Assembly: GCF_001194135.2 (NCBI RefSeq)
Contig: NC_068997.1
Coordinates: 55,520,530-55,584,529 of the forward strand
Direction of reading: 5' to 3'
Origin: Octopus bimaculoides
Lineage: Eukaryota
DNA length: 64,000 nucleotides
Shown here: one piece after another, positions 36,091 through 49,792 of the stretch
Layout of the letters: each line of letters opens with the position of its first letter
Numbering within the stretch: the first letter of the stretch is position 1
Notes under the pieces: model-generated
The model's input: the letters and a program-made list of their open reading frames with translations, nothing else
Databases searched by the model: none
Told to the model about the DNA's origin: nothing
Position numbers and translations under genes: made by a program

Positions 36091-36954
36091 ACTACTTGAA
36101 GTTCCCTGATGTCACAGAAATAAATAATGTTGAGAAAATATGCTTAAATAATAGTGAAATCAGGAGGTAAAAATAATTTAAAGAGTAACACATTGTAGTG
36201 ATTCTTCAAGCTTATAATGAAGGTAGGGAAAGCTTAAAACATCGAGTTTCTGTAGAAGATGCAGAAAAAATATTTGAAAATTACAAATAGTCTGACATGA
36301 GTTGTCAGAAAGTATTTGATTTGTTCAAAGACACGTGAAAAGGAATGGTAACAAAGAAGATTGACAATATTCAAGAAGGATTTAACTGAAACAGAAATCC
36401 TACAAAGTATAACCAATGAATTTTAAATGGAAAATTGAGACTGATAGAATCTAAGACTGAAAATGCTTCCAGACTTTATTAATTTGATAACAAAACTATA
36501 TATATTACTCATATGATGCTATATCAACAGATAAGAATTACATAAAAAATCATAAAATATTCTATAAAGCATAGGAATTAATTCCATATAAGAATATATA
36601 TATTATATGGTTTCAGTCTAAAATAATTCAACCATCAATGGAGTTATTGTACTTTCAACCTAGTTGAATCCCAATCAGATTTATGATAGTAAAAAGAATA
36701 TGTATTTAAATTTTTTTCTTTATATATATATATATATATATATATAATCAGTCAATATCTGAAATTTGGAATTATTAGGTTTTGTTTATAATGTAATGTT
36801 ATCAATTACAATGATAAACAATGTCGAGGTGGATCTCTGTCATTTGAAAATGAAGACAGAGTCATTTGATCGTTTGAATTAATGTGTGGGTGATTGAACA
36901 TTACACAAGCTTGTGTACCCTTACTAGAATTCTCAGTCAGAATCGGCATTAAAT

Positions 36955-37300
36955 GGTGCGTAGAAAGACATAACTGGCACTTCATCGGTTATGATGATAA
37001 AGGTCCCAGTTGATCTGATGAACAGAACAGCTTGCTTGTGAAATCAATGTGCAAGTGGCTGAGTACTCCACAGACACGTGTATCCTTCATGTAGTTCTCA
37101 GGAAGATTCAACATGACACAGGATGTGATAAGGTTGACCCTTTCAAATACAGGTACAGCCCATTTTTGCTAGCTGAGTGAACTGGAATGATATAAAATGA
37201 AGTGTCTTGTTCAAGGACATAACATGTTGCTGGAAATAGAACTCATGACCTTAATGCCATGAACTGAATACCCTAACCACGAAGTCACGTCCCTTCACAT
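36955..37300 (-). mobile_element. SINE family F, near full length
   Basis: Reverse complement starts GTGAAGGGACGTGACTTCGTGGTTAGGGTATTCAG...GGTCATGAGTTC...TGTCCTTGAACAAGACACTT...CAGCTAGCAAAAATGGGCTGTACCTGTATTTGAAAGGG. Confidence 0.8.
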
Positions 37301-37314
37301 GGCCATACTTTTTT

Positions 37315-37500
37315 AATTATAAGTTCAATCCAGCTAACAGGTTTCTATACAGTTTCTGTCAACCCAATTTCGTTCAGAAAGTATGAGTTGGCCCAAGGCT
37401 ATTGAAAATGACATTTGCTCCAGATACTGTGTAGTGGGATGGAACTTAGGTCCTTATGGTTGCTAAGTGAACCTTTAAACCATTCATGAAAACTGTGCCT
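37315..37500 (-). mobile_element. Degenerate family A 5' half
   Basis: CAGTTTCTGTCAACCCAATTTC...GGCCCAAGGCTATTG...GACATTTGCTCCAG...GTGGGATGGAAC. Confidence 0.55.
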
Positions 37501-40500
37501 ATGATGCATTAAGGGGCTATTTTGAGTCCATTCACTTAAAACGACACAACTAAAAATTTCACCAAATAGGATTGATGCACTGTTTTAGTTTATAGAAAAT
37601 TCTACAGAAATATAAAAAGAATTGTTGAGTTTCGAAGACAACAACCATTCTACTTGTGTACAGTTTATATGATGCAGGTCAATTAATGCAATAAATAGAA
37701 AGTGCAAATGCTGGTTAGTCAAAATTGTTGAAATAATTTACATGTTCAGACTAATGGAAATTTGTTTTAATCAGTGCAAAATTTAGATATTTTAAAGATA
37801 TTTAGAGTAATTAATATAACAGTACTTAGCTTGAACAGAAGAAATATATCAGATTTTAAATAAAACTGAGACGATCAAAATTTATGTCAAGATGGTGAGA
37901 CAAATATTGATTTCTCAGTTCACTAGTTTATAGATTTAGTTTCAAGGAAAAAAAAAAAAACTAAATTCAAAAGTGAGAAGATTTAAAAGATCTCGTTATC
38001 TTATTTTGATTTATTGATGGTTTAAATTCAAATATCTCTTCAAAGGTATCAATGATAAGTAAAATAAAGAGAGAAGACAAACTGAAAACACAGAGAAGGA
38101 AATAAAAAAGATATGACAGAAAAGTGAGAAAGAACAAAAGCAACACAATTTAGGTAGGAAAAAAATAATATGGAAGCACACATAACTACACAGTGGTGAT
38201 TTAGACAAACAAAACATGAATATGTAATCAGAGGAATAGAATGCAAACCAAGCGAATAATAGAAAGTGTTTAGAATTTATTCCTTTATGAATGGGGTTTT
38301 TTTCTCTGCATTTTGGATTTGTTTTGTGAATTATATAATCCAAAGAAAGTTCTATAAATTACATACCACAGAACTCAAATATTTTCAGTCACTTATTAAA
38401 CTTAATGCAATCTAAATTTTTTAAAATTAATTTCTTTTAATTATTAAATCAATTGTCAAAAATATAAAACCAATGATGACAGTCTGATGTTAAATCTGTT
38501 CAAAAGCATTTGCAAAACAACAGTTTTTGAAAATAAACAAGGGAATGGCATGGTTAGTTATTTCTATGTTTTAACAGGATTCATTACACATTTGCATGTG
38601 TGTGTGTGATTCATCCATTCACTGGGGTACATGTCCCCAGCAAGAGGAACACCCTTGCCAATCCACCAAGCACTATCTATTTGGTGCCAGCTTTTGTTTT
38701 GAGGATTTGCATGCATGCACACACACACACACATATTGTTTCTACTTAGCCATAGTGATATTAAGAACCAGTTGATAAGTACACTTGTATACTTTACAAT
38801 TATTTGTAAGGTTTAGCAATGAGAAGATATGAATTTTCTCCACTCAGATTCTTCTTTAAACCAGAAAATCAGTACAGAGCAGAATAATAATTAACAAGTG
38901 CCAAAAGGACAGGAGTTATGCAATCCATCTCCTTAGCTTACAACTGTCTCAGCTATAATTCATAATTCCTATTTTTTGTATATATGCATATACATATATA
39001 TATATATATATGTCTGTGTATAATGTATATGTGTGCATGTATTAGGCAGAGAAATAGTATTGTATTATAATTTTGTAGGACCCCTAGTTACAGAAATTAT
39101 GAGAACTTCTGTAATACAAAATTTTTTTTTAAATTTACTATTTTACTTAATCTCTGGAGGTTCCTAGGTTATAACCCCTAAAATGCTATTACCTTAATTT
39201 GGCCCTGTATACAGAAAATACTAAGAAAATACATATCTCTATTGTATGGGTTTTCTAGAGTTACAAAAGTATACTAAAAACAGTTGAGTAGGGGAGAGTC
39301 AGAGATACCTAGGGCAATAGCACAGAAGATCACAATCTGTGGTCAGCTGTGTATTCTGTGTCCAGAATTCTGCTGTGTCCAAAGCTAAGATATTGAAGTT
39401 GTTGCAAGGGTTTTGCTTTTGCTTAAATTGATCTGGTCAATAAAGACAAATTTCATTGGCTGCATGAATGATAATAACTGAAGCAAACTTGTGAAAATCT
39501 AACTATAACATTTATTGCCAGACATAAAAAAAATATTTGATGTTGGTAAACAACAATGAACAATATTAATAATTGCTGAATGAAAGTAAAACTGCTCTGA
39601 AAATATAGAAAGTAATCTGTGTGACATGAAACAAGTCCAAAAATACGTCAAGTCATTTGTACAAATCTCTGATCGGTTGTATCACTCTTGTCCATTGGCC
39701 ACCTGCTGGTAAGAGTGGAGGTGTGTGAGTCAGCCAGTTACCTTTGACATGGTAAAGGCTCACACTGATTGGATGATTTACAGGCTGATCATGTGAAACT
39801 GTAGTGGTTCACTTGTGCTGTATGACTGAGTATCTAGTAGTTAGGTTTCAATTCCTCACTACAAACTTTTGTCAGCTCAGACCTTCTAAATGTAAATAGG
39901 TAACTCTGGGTGAAATGACTCAGTATAACAATCAGTAGAATTTACACCATAAAATTGACAAGTAATAGCATTGGTGGATTTGTGTTCTCCCATAGTCTTG
40001 GGCCATGATTCAAAATGTCAAGATACTCGTTTCGTTTACTTTCATCAAATTTGTTTTTTCCGCAAAAGTTATCTTTTTATTCTCATTTGTATATTTTAAT
40101 CACATTGAAAATAGCCAGGTCTGATAGTTATTCTTCTAGTGTCAGCTCTTTTCCTTCCATCACACATCACACATCATTCTACTAATCTTCATCTCTTTTC
40201 CCACATTTTGGATATTTCTCTGAATGTCACTCAATATATCACTTCTAACCTACCTCTTATTTTCTCACATGGAAAGAATATAATGCTTTCCTTAAAATTA
40301 ATGTAAAGTCGAGCACATTCTCCTCTTTCCATTCACACGAACGCCAGCCTAGTGCCCTTCCATATTAAAGTTGTGATGGCCTAGTGCCAGGAGAAACTGA
40401 ACTGAGATGCAATTTCCATTGATTTGGAGTTGGCGACTACATTTTGTAAAACCCACTTGCAGAATAAATTGTATAGATATCGATAAAGTCAAATAAAATT

Positions 40501-41939
40501 CTAATAGAACCAGTCGAATACAAAATGCCCTGTAGGAAGCCATAAAAACGATTTTTATATTTTCTCACTGGAATTTGTTTTTTATTTTTTTAAGCCTCTA
40601 TAGAATTATCTGCAAAGTGCTTCGTAAATGTGTGTACTTACACATAACTGGCAAACATACTAAATGGATATATGTCTGTGTTTATATTTACCCCAATGGT
40701 GAAAATAAACAGTTTTTTTCTTTCATTTATTTATGCATGAAAAAAAGAAATATGTATTCACTAATGTGTTGAACCTGACTTCTGAAATCCTATAGACAAT
40801 GTTAAACCATTTAGATATATAATCTAGCAACTGATGAGACAAGTTTTTGACTATATGCTTGTTATGTAATGTAACATTAAATATTGACAATCAGTTCAAA
40901 TCAACAGTAAATTTTGCAATCCCTTATCTCTAAGATGTATTTGAATTTGTCTAATTTATTTTTTATTTATCTGTATCCAACTGGTTTATTGAATAAAACC
41001 AAACTTTCCATGTATTTAATGCAATGATTCAAAAACCACATGGATGATTTGTTGAGCAAAAACTAATTGAAATATGGGCCTCATGTTTTCTGCTGCTATT
41101 CTTTCTCTATTTTACAATTATCTTTGATCATTTTCAAGTGTCATATTTTTACATGAAACATTTATTTATGAGAGTAGGAGTTCAATATATTTGAAAGGAA
41201 TTTCAGGAAATGCCTTGACCAATCAATATATGTTGTGATGGAATCAAAAACAAAGCTGAGCATGGTGAGATTTTAATCGAAATACTGAAAGGAAATGGGA
41301 CTAATTGCTTACGTCTCTATCATTTCTGAAAAATTGCTGCCCTCAATGCTGTATTTAATAATGATTGCCAATATTGCATAAGGCCACAATTTCCAAAGAA
41401 GGGAATAGCTAAATAAATCTATCCCAAAACTTAATTTCATCAAACCCAAAGTGTCACATTTCTAAGTATTTGAACTAATATGTTTAAAATTTAAATTATT
41501 TTCTAAATTTTTACTATAGAAGGCATAAACAAAAATCTAATATTTTGAGCTACCCAAGGGCAAGAAAGGACAAAAGTTTATCTATATTAAAAGCTGAAGG
41601 AAATTGAAAAGTCACAGTTTACAACACACAAGCACAACATTATTCTTTGTCACTTTAGGTATATAAATTTTTGCTTATATTTATATCTGCATCAACAACC
41701 AATACTGCATAGAATTTAGATTTTTCTTTTATGAATTCCTCAGAGGAAGAAAGAAGCATTCAGTATCTTTTTTGAGGACCTCTGAGACTAGTGGTAAAAT
41801 AGTTATCCCCAGGTCTGCCTCTAATCTATGCAAGAGAGTGACTCTACAAGGAGGACCCAAGTTCCTCTATGATGGCATTCAAATCAATAACAGATTAAAT
41901 TGATGGTCCAAGAATGGAAATAATGCCTCTGATTACCAT

Positions 41940-42410
41940 TGAAACATTTTCCTACCAGATTTCATTCACAAGGCTTTGGTCAACCTGAGGCTATAAGTAG
42001 AAAACAACTGTCCAAAGTACCAGAGAATGGGACTGAACAAGTGAGATCATAGCAATGGCCAGTGCCAGTGTTGCATAACTGGCCCATTTAAAAGCATCCT
42101 TCAATCGTTGGGCAATGTCCCATGCTTATGAAAACCTGTTGACCTGAGTGAAATCATAGTCATGGCCGATGCCAGTGCCACCTGACTGGCTCCCATGCTG
42201 GTGGCATGTAAAAAGCACCCATACTAGTGGGACATGAAAGCACCCACTACACTCTCAGAGTGGTTAGCATTAGGAAGGGTATCCAGCTGTAGAAACCTTG
42301 CCAAATCAGGCTGGAGCCTTGTGCAGCCCCCTTTGGTTTGCCAGTTCTCAACTGTCCAACCCATGCCAGCATGGAAAGCAGACATTAAACGATGATGATG
42401 ATGATGACAG
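41940..42410. mobile_element. Family A fragment (41940-42040, minus) next to a long family C RTE 3' UTR (42040-42410, plus)
   Basis: CCTACCAGATTTCATTCACAAGGCTTTGGTCAACCTGAGGCTATA; ...GGCATGTAAAAAGCACCC...TAGGAAGGGTATCCAGCTGTAGAAACC...CCATGCCAGCATGGAAAGCAGACATTAAACGATGATGATGATGATGA. Confidence 0.8.
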
Positions 42411-43586
42411 CCATGATGCAAACATACTATGGCATGGTTTCTACTATGACACATGTGTGTCTCAGGAGACCGTAGATCTTCTCCATGAAAAGTCTTGATT
42501 TGCTGGCACCCTTCAATCGTTGGGCAGTATGCTAGGCTTACAAAGACCTGCTGAACTGAATGAAATCATAGTGATGTCCTCTCCAAGTCACAGACCTGGG
42601 AAAGGTTGGATGAAAGACCAGTGGTTGGCCATACAACAGCTCTTCTCTTTCTACGTCCCTGATGTTGAGCAAAGAGTGAACAAGGTCCAATATGGTTTGA
42701 CAATATTCACAAGATTTACCTCGGATTACCTCAGGGACTTTAGCTCCTGATGAGCATTCAATCAAATAAGCCCTAAATTTCATATACCACTTTTTTTATT
42801 GCCCCCNNNNNNNNNNNNNNNNNNNNNNNNNNNNNNNNNNNNNNNNNNNNNNNNNNNNNNNNNNNNNNNNNNNNNNNNNNNNNNNNNNNNNNNNNNNNNN
42901 NNNNNNNNNNNNNNNNNNNNNNNNNNNNNNNNNNNNNNNNNNNNNNNNNNNNNNNAAGGATGACCAGCAAAGTTCACTATGGAGATGTAAACCCAGAACA
43001 CAAATAACCAAAACAAAGGCTGCAAGCCATTTTGTTCAATGCTTTATCAATTCTGCCTCCAATCACCCTTGTCTGGCTACATTATATCTCAGTTTATTCT
43101 TTATCATTTAAAGCTGGGGGGGGGGGAGTAGAAATTTATGTATTTACTGGTTTTCATTTGTGATTTGCTTTACAAGAACATGTTTTCATACTGGCTTCTT
43201 ACAAAGTTTGTTATTGTTATTTTTTTGTTATAGTGCTCGATTTTATGACTATGAATACATATGTTGTTGCAATGTTACTAGCATTCATTGATTTAACAGC
43301 TGTACCAGATGGTTTTGTATCAAGGTATCAACAATATGTCTTGTTTAGTTGACGGTAGCAGTTTCTTTGCCCTTTTACTGTAAATGCTGTCCAGATGTAA
43401 AGAGCATAACATCAACAATAACAACACCAACGATGATGATGGTGATAGTGAATTTTTTTGTACATTAACTTATTTGTTGTTTGTTGCTCCATAACATGAG
43501 ATTTAGTTACAGAAGCAATAATATGAAGCAAGGAAGGTAAATAAGGAATAAAAAAAAAATTTATAATAATAGTCATAGTAGCAGTG

Positions 43587-43625
<39 letters not shown>

Positions 43626-46119
43626 ATAATAATAATAATAATAAAGGAGAGGCTAAAATCTGGATGCCAGTTTCAAAAACAGGTATTCTGGTTTGGGGTG
43701 AAAAAGAAAACATACAATATGATAGTTCCTGGAAACTAAAAGTCTGAAGAATAAGCAAAATTAATAAGAACTTTAAGACTGTTGGAAACCAAATACACGA
43801 AAATTAACAAAACAATTTTGTTTTGTGCTAAATATCTAACAAAACAGGAAAGTGAAACGTCCATGGAAATTATACGCATGCACACCACACGCACACTCAC
43901 ATAACTATGTATATATATATAGATACACACACATTATATACAACCGTGCATGTGTGTGTGTGTGTATGTATCATTCTTGGCATCTGATTACGACCTTCTT
44001 GATATAGACTTTGAACTCTTATAATCAAACCAGCGTCACAGACTCAACTTTTTTGAAATACCATCACTGAATAAACCAAACACACTATTGTATACCATTG
44101 TATAACATTGTATGCTTGAGCTAAAGAGGGAGTTTGCATGTGGTCACTTGGCTTGCTAGAAATTGCAGTGAAATTCAATCAAATCACATCCCACTGTTTC
44201 AGAAAAAGTCATGTTGGACAATGTTGTCTTGGTTACCTGAACACAAGAAATAGATGCAACAGTCATGGTTGGATTGCTTCACACAGCAGAAATTTTCAAA
44301 CCTGCTATTCTTGCCATCTGTCTGTGATCTTCAAATTACTATCTGACGACTTCATGTTGCTTTTACAATCGTTGTTTAACACAATTTCCCATCTTGTTTC
44401 TTAATTCTTACACCTTTAGTCACTGTCTGACCCAATCATGTTGCTAAATGACTTAACCATCCATGGCTTTAATCCATTTAAACAACTGGTCAATAACTAC
44501 AGTGAGTTTCCTCTTAATAATGCTTAGCTCCCTTCCATGTGGAATTCTTTTTTTTTCTTTAGCTATATAAGCATTTAGACATTACCAAGTGATTTTTTCA
44601 AAGTTTTGTCTAACAGCAGTATCTCTTAACAGCCCTGGTTAATGTTTGTGTGTATTAAATCAAATATGTACATTATTATAATCATGTGAATCACTTAGTT
44701 TAATAATTTTAACTTATAATTGTAACTATTAAAACTTAGAGATGTTCTCTATTTTATGTCCCTGCTTATAGTTTCATAGCAGTTGTAGAAACTACCTTTT
44801 ATGCAAATTGCAAGAATAATGCGTAAGCATACATATGTAGTGCTTCAAAACAACAACCATATCAAAAGATCAGTGATGGAATAATGGCTGCAAACTAAAT
44901 GATTTATGTACATATTTTTAACGATATTTTCTTCTTACACTGAGGCAGAGAAATAGTATCTTCAGATGTAGCTGGTAAAATAAAATTACAAGAAGCATTT
45001 TGTCTGGATTCAAAGCTCATATCCATAAAAGTAGATTTAGCTATTAACACCACTATAAAGAGAACTGAAATGCCGCTAATATAAATTGATTTCAGAAAGA
45101 CAAGGAAGTGACAGAGGATTTGGGATAATTTCCTACATTAGATTGAAGCCTTAAAAGAACTTCTTGTCAATAACATGGTTTTTATTTTCAGTAAATTCAA
45201 TCTCCAACTGCTCACATCTCAGCCGTGATACATCAATATGCATGTTACAAAGACATTTGCTAAACATTAACTTTCTATAAGAGTAAAGTGACTAACATAG
45301 TACAAAGGACATTATTTACACTATATAGTGTCAAGGAACAACAACAAGATTTCTTAGTTTGTAACTTAAAGAATAAATGCCATTTTGACCTTAAGTAAAA
45401 GCCACATTTACTTTTATGACTGTGTAGGAATATTTTTCAAAGAAGAATCCGAGATTAGCTTAACTACAAGCAGCACAAAAATCAGCCTCTGGAATATAAC
45501 ACTTTAATCTGATTAGTGCAGAAATTATACATAGCAGAAACTCAAAACTGCTTTTCTGAACGATTAATATGGTTTTGAGTAGTTGGCTTTCTTGGGAACA
45601 AATCAGCCGATAAGTACTGATAAATCTCACACAAAACAGTGAAGCTAGTGAACAAAAATTATTGATCAGAATATATGAAAGTCACTTACATTGTATTTTT
45701 ATGTTTCAGTGGAAGAAAGTGTATATTAATGATATTCTCTGTGTCATAGAGGGAGTCTTTGGTTGCTTGTAGAATTATCAGTTAGAACCACTCGACAGGA
45801 ACTCTTTTGACAACCAACACTTTATCAAAATCATTGGCAACTGGCTATGGAATCCCTTACTGAAAGTAACCATAGTCTTCACTGGATGCAAACAGAGCCA
45901 AATTGTGTCTCAGCAACGTCTGTTTCATTTTGAAATCATTTTTGAAATGACCTTAAGAAAACTAATCTTTACAATGACGTACAGTACTTAACCATGTTAC
46001 CTATTTAGATATACAGAACCACTACAGTTGGTTCTTGTGTCTATACAAACAGTACAACACTAGTAATACAATAGAAACGGTCAACCCCTCAGCTATAGTC
46101 AAGTACCATAATAACTCAC

Positions 46120-46150
46120 CCACAACTGTGTGATTTGCTGCAAACATGAT
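46120..46150 (-). other. Candidate 31-nt exon, unassigned
   Basis: CCCCCAGTTATTTTCATCACAG acceptor and TGG|GTGAGT donor; all three frames open. Confidence 0.2.
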
Positions 46151-46702
46151 CTGTGATGAAAATAACTGGGGGGGGGGGATAATGGTAGAGACAATGCAAG
46201 TTCTGGGGGTAAATGAAACACGGGAAAGTGTCAAAACAGTTGTTTAAGTGAATTTGGGTGAGTATATATGATATGTATATTTAGTATGTATGTATGTATG
46301 TATACATTTGTGTGTGTTTGTGTGTTTACAATACCTTGGAAACACTTTATTTCTCAAATGTTATGTATATATATATATATTTATCTCTGTTTGTTTCAAC
46401 CAATTTATTAAATATTCTGATCTTTGAACAAATTTCCAATTATGTATTGTTAAACAAAATTTTTATGAAAGTATTATGTTTCTAATGCTGTAGTGAGCTG
46501 CTCACTGTAATGTATTTATATTTTTTATATTTCCAGTTATTTATTTTTCTATTATCATGTTTCATATCACACTCATTGGTGGAGACACAGGCTTCGTCTG
46601 ATAAGATTACTTTTAGATAATAAATTTAAATAATGCATTAGGTTTACTGAAATTGATGAATAAGTGTTATAGTTGACTAACCCTCTTTCAGTTTTAATAA
46701 AA

Positions 46703-46808
46703 CTATAATGAAAGTAGTATACATATAAATATAAGGAGGAGACACAGTAACCGATTATATCTATAATGAAGGTAGTATACACATAAATATAATGAGGAGA
46801 CACAGTAG
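46703..46808. repeat. Local tandem duplication, 58-bp period
   Basis: The CTATAATGAA...GGAGACACAGTA unit starts at 46703 and again at 46761. Confidence 0.85.
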
Positions 46809-47489
46809 CTGACAATAACAAGTTGATGTTTTGCATGAATAGTTATGACTTTGTTTTCTCTCAGTGGTGCAGAACTGTTCTGTGCTTTGGGCAAGACAAA
46901 AACTGTTGACTGGCCTGTCTTTTTTTAAATGTTTATGGATAACCAAAGGAAAAGCAACATCAATAACCTTAGTAAGACATCTGAGATGGGTCGGGGAAGG
47001 TTAGGGTTAGAAATGCTGACTCATAGTCAGAAGTAATGTATGAAAATATCGAGTTATTGTCAGAGCAGAGGTCTAGTGCCACTGCTTGTAACAATAGAAT
47101 AAATTTTGTCAATGGCACCCATGAATCAAGCAGTGGTGTTATACAGGAAGCAGAGAGAATAAAAAGAAAGTGGAACTCACTGGTAACTGATGTAGTTTGG
47201 TGCTTTACAAAGATAGGATTTGAATCCTTTCCAAAAAAATTATGATTTCTAACAGCATAAAATTGCTAACACTGGGGAGAGATGCACAATTAGCTCTTCT
47301 GATCTTGGTGTTTATTTTATCAACCCTAGAAACTGAAAAAGGAACTCAAGATGTCTAAGAATGAAAGAACTTGCTGAATATCATCTAAATCAGCCATGAT
47401 TTTCCTTTCCAATAAGGCCTTTCCTTACATGTTTTCTTTACTTTCTGTTAATTATCCAAAAGTTCAGAGAATAATATATTTGTTTGTTC

Positions 47490-47975
47490 TACATCTGTCT
47501 TTCCATGCTGCCATGGATTAGACGAAGCATTATTGAAGCCAGATGCCCTTCCTATTACTAACTCTTGTTTTTCAAGTAAAGGATCTATTTCACATGTCTT
47601 TGAAGGCACAAAAGAAGCAAATGATTTATTGACTGGGGAAGTGACAACACCATTTGAAGCTCACAGCTTTGGTGCACAAAAAAAAAAGAAAAGAAACAGA
47701 GTCACAAACACACATATCCTCGTCATCTTTGAAATGTTTATATTTCCATACTTTTAAGGCTCAGACAGAATTTGTTGAGGCAGAATTAATTCTCTACAGC
47801 TGGACACTCTTCCTGTCATGAACCCTTACTTGTTTCCAAGCAAAGCTTATTTCCTCATGATTTGACATGTTTACATGGAAAATAGGAAATGATGGACACC
47901 ACTTAGATGATGGTGACTCTTGTTTACAACTATCACATGATGTCAAGACAAAGAGACATAAACACACGCATGGAT
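47490..47975 (-). mobile_element. Two adjacent family G tail copies
   Basis: CTTTCCATGCTGCCATGGATTAGAC...CAGATGCCCTTCCTATTACTAAC; TCAGACAGAATTTGTTGAGGCAG...CTTCCTGTCATGAACCCTTACTTGTTTCCAAGC. Confidence 0.65.
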
Positions 47976-49429
47976 GTCTGTGTCTGTAATTAGGTTCATC
48001 TTTTTTTGGAATATTTAGAGATGTGAGTTTGAGTCCCACAGGCAGCCTCCAACATTTTCCATCCAAAAGGGGCTTTCATCCAAATATTTATATGCTATTA
48101 TTTAAAGTTTTACACGTGTGCTTTAAGAATCAGTTCACATTCTCATGTAAGTTTATGAAATTCTTATGAAATATAAATATGAAAATGAGATGACACAGGA
48201 GTAATTGATTATCTTATAAACCACATTAACTTATAATTGTTACTGCTATAGGATGCAGTGGATTCAGAGTTAAGTACCTGAATGTAACGAAGCTATTAGA
48301 TATTACTCAACTATGAGTCCACTGTATCTTATGGCAGAAACAGTTATAAGCTAATTGTTTATACCTTTGTCATCTCATTTTCTTATATATATTTCATGAG
48401 AATTTCATAAACTCTGTACTCCACTAATGCTTCATTCTTAAGTATATAAATATTCAGTTCTACACCAGGTTATTAGTCTTGCAATGCCTAAGTGAAATAT
48501 ATGTACACACACAGATGCACACAACAGGCTTCCTTCAGTTTTCATCTGCCACATTTACTCACAATGCTTTTATCACAGTGAATATTAGATTATACATTAA
48601 CGAATATCTGAAACTTCACAACTATCAGTAAACTTTGATCAGAAAAGTTTATTCAATTTTTCTTGTTACAAAGTTTTTGGTATAATTTCCTTCTTCACGT
48701 TTAGTGTGGAATCACTACAAGACATCTAAATTACATTCATTATCATCTAAATTACATTACTAGCTCCAGATACTTAATCATTTATTTACTACCAACCATT
48801 CTGATAATGAGACTGCATCTATATTCTTTGTTCTTGAAAAATATATACTTTTGAAAATTTACTTCCAGCAGGACTTAACCCAAAACTGCATGGCTAAAAA
48901 GCTGCAAAGCTAGCTTTTTAACCACACTGTCATCTATAGTGTGTGTATGTGTATATATATATATATATNNNNNNNNNNNNNNNNNNNNNNNNNNNNNNNN
49001 NNNNNNNNNNNNNNNNNNNNNNNNNNNNNNNNNNNNNNNNNNNNNNNNNNNNNNNNNNNNNNNNNNNNNNNNNNNNNNNNNNNNNNNNNNNNNNNNNNNN
49101 NNNNNNNNNNNNNNNNNNNNNNNNNNNNNNNNNNNNNNNNNNNNNNNNNNNNNNNNNNNNNNNNNNNNNNNNNNNNNNNNNNNNNNNNNNNNNNNNNNNN
49201 NNNNNNNNNNNNNNNNNNNNNNNNNNNNNNNNNNNNNNNNNNNNNNNNNNNNNNNNNNNNNNNNNNNNNNNNNNNNNNNNNNNNNNNNNNNNNNNNNNNN
49301 NNNNNNNNNNNNNNNNNNNNNNNNNNNNNNNNNNNNNNNNNNNNNNNNNNNNNNNNNNNNNNNNNNNNNNNNNNNNNNNNNNNNNNNNNNNNNNNNNNNT
49401 ATATATGTACATATATGGGAAGGTATACA

Positions 49430-49792
49430 GCTTAGGGTATTTGGCTCATGATTGTAAGGATGTGAGTTCAATTTCTGGTGACATGTTGTGTCTACTTAGC
49501 TGGCAAAAATGAGTAGAACCTGTATTTCAAAGGACACATCCTGTGTCATGCCACAACAGAAGTATTCAGACTGGTGCCACTGCTGGTGAAAAGCACTTGT
49601 GCAATGCCACATAAAACCAGTGCCATGTAAAAGCACCCAGCCCACTCTGTAATGTCGTTAGCATTAGGAAGGGCATCCAGCCATAGAAACTTTGCCAAGT
49701 AAGACTGGAGTCTGGTGCAGCTCCCCAGCTCTGGGCAAACTGTTCAACCCATGCCAGCATGGACAATAGACGTTAAATGGTGATGATGATGA
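49430..49792 (+). mobile_element. Internally deleted SINE F (49430-49555) followed by a family C RTE 3' UTR (49565-49792)
   Basis: AGGGTATTTGGCTCATGATTGTAAGG...GAGTTCAATTTC...AGCTGGCAAAAATGAGTAGAACCTGTATTTCAAAGG; GCCATGTAAAAGCACCC...TAGGAAGGGCATCCAGCC...CCATGCCAGCATGGAC...GATGATGAT. Confidence 0.8.

Noticed and set aside
46997-47010. TTAGGG telomeric repeat (also ~1803-1812)
   Set aside because: Only about two units; expected by chance or from repeat remnants.
47036-47245. 69-aa ORF with ERIKRKWNSL, reminiscent of Myb/SANT-like domains
   Set aside because: The similarity is limited to a few residues and the rest of the domain is absent.
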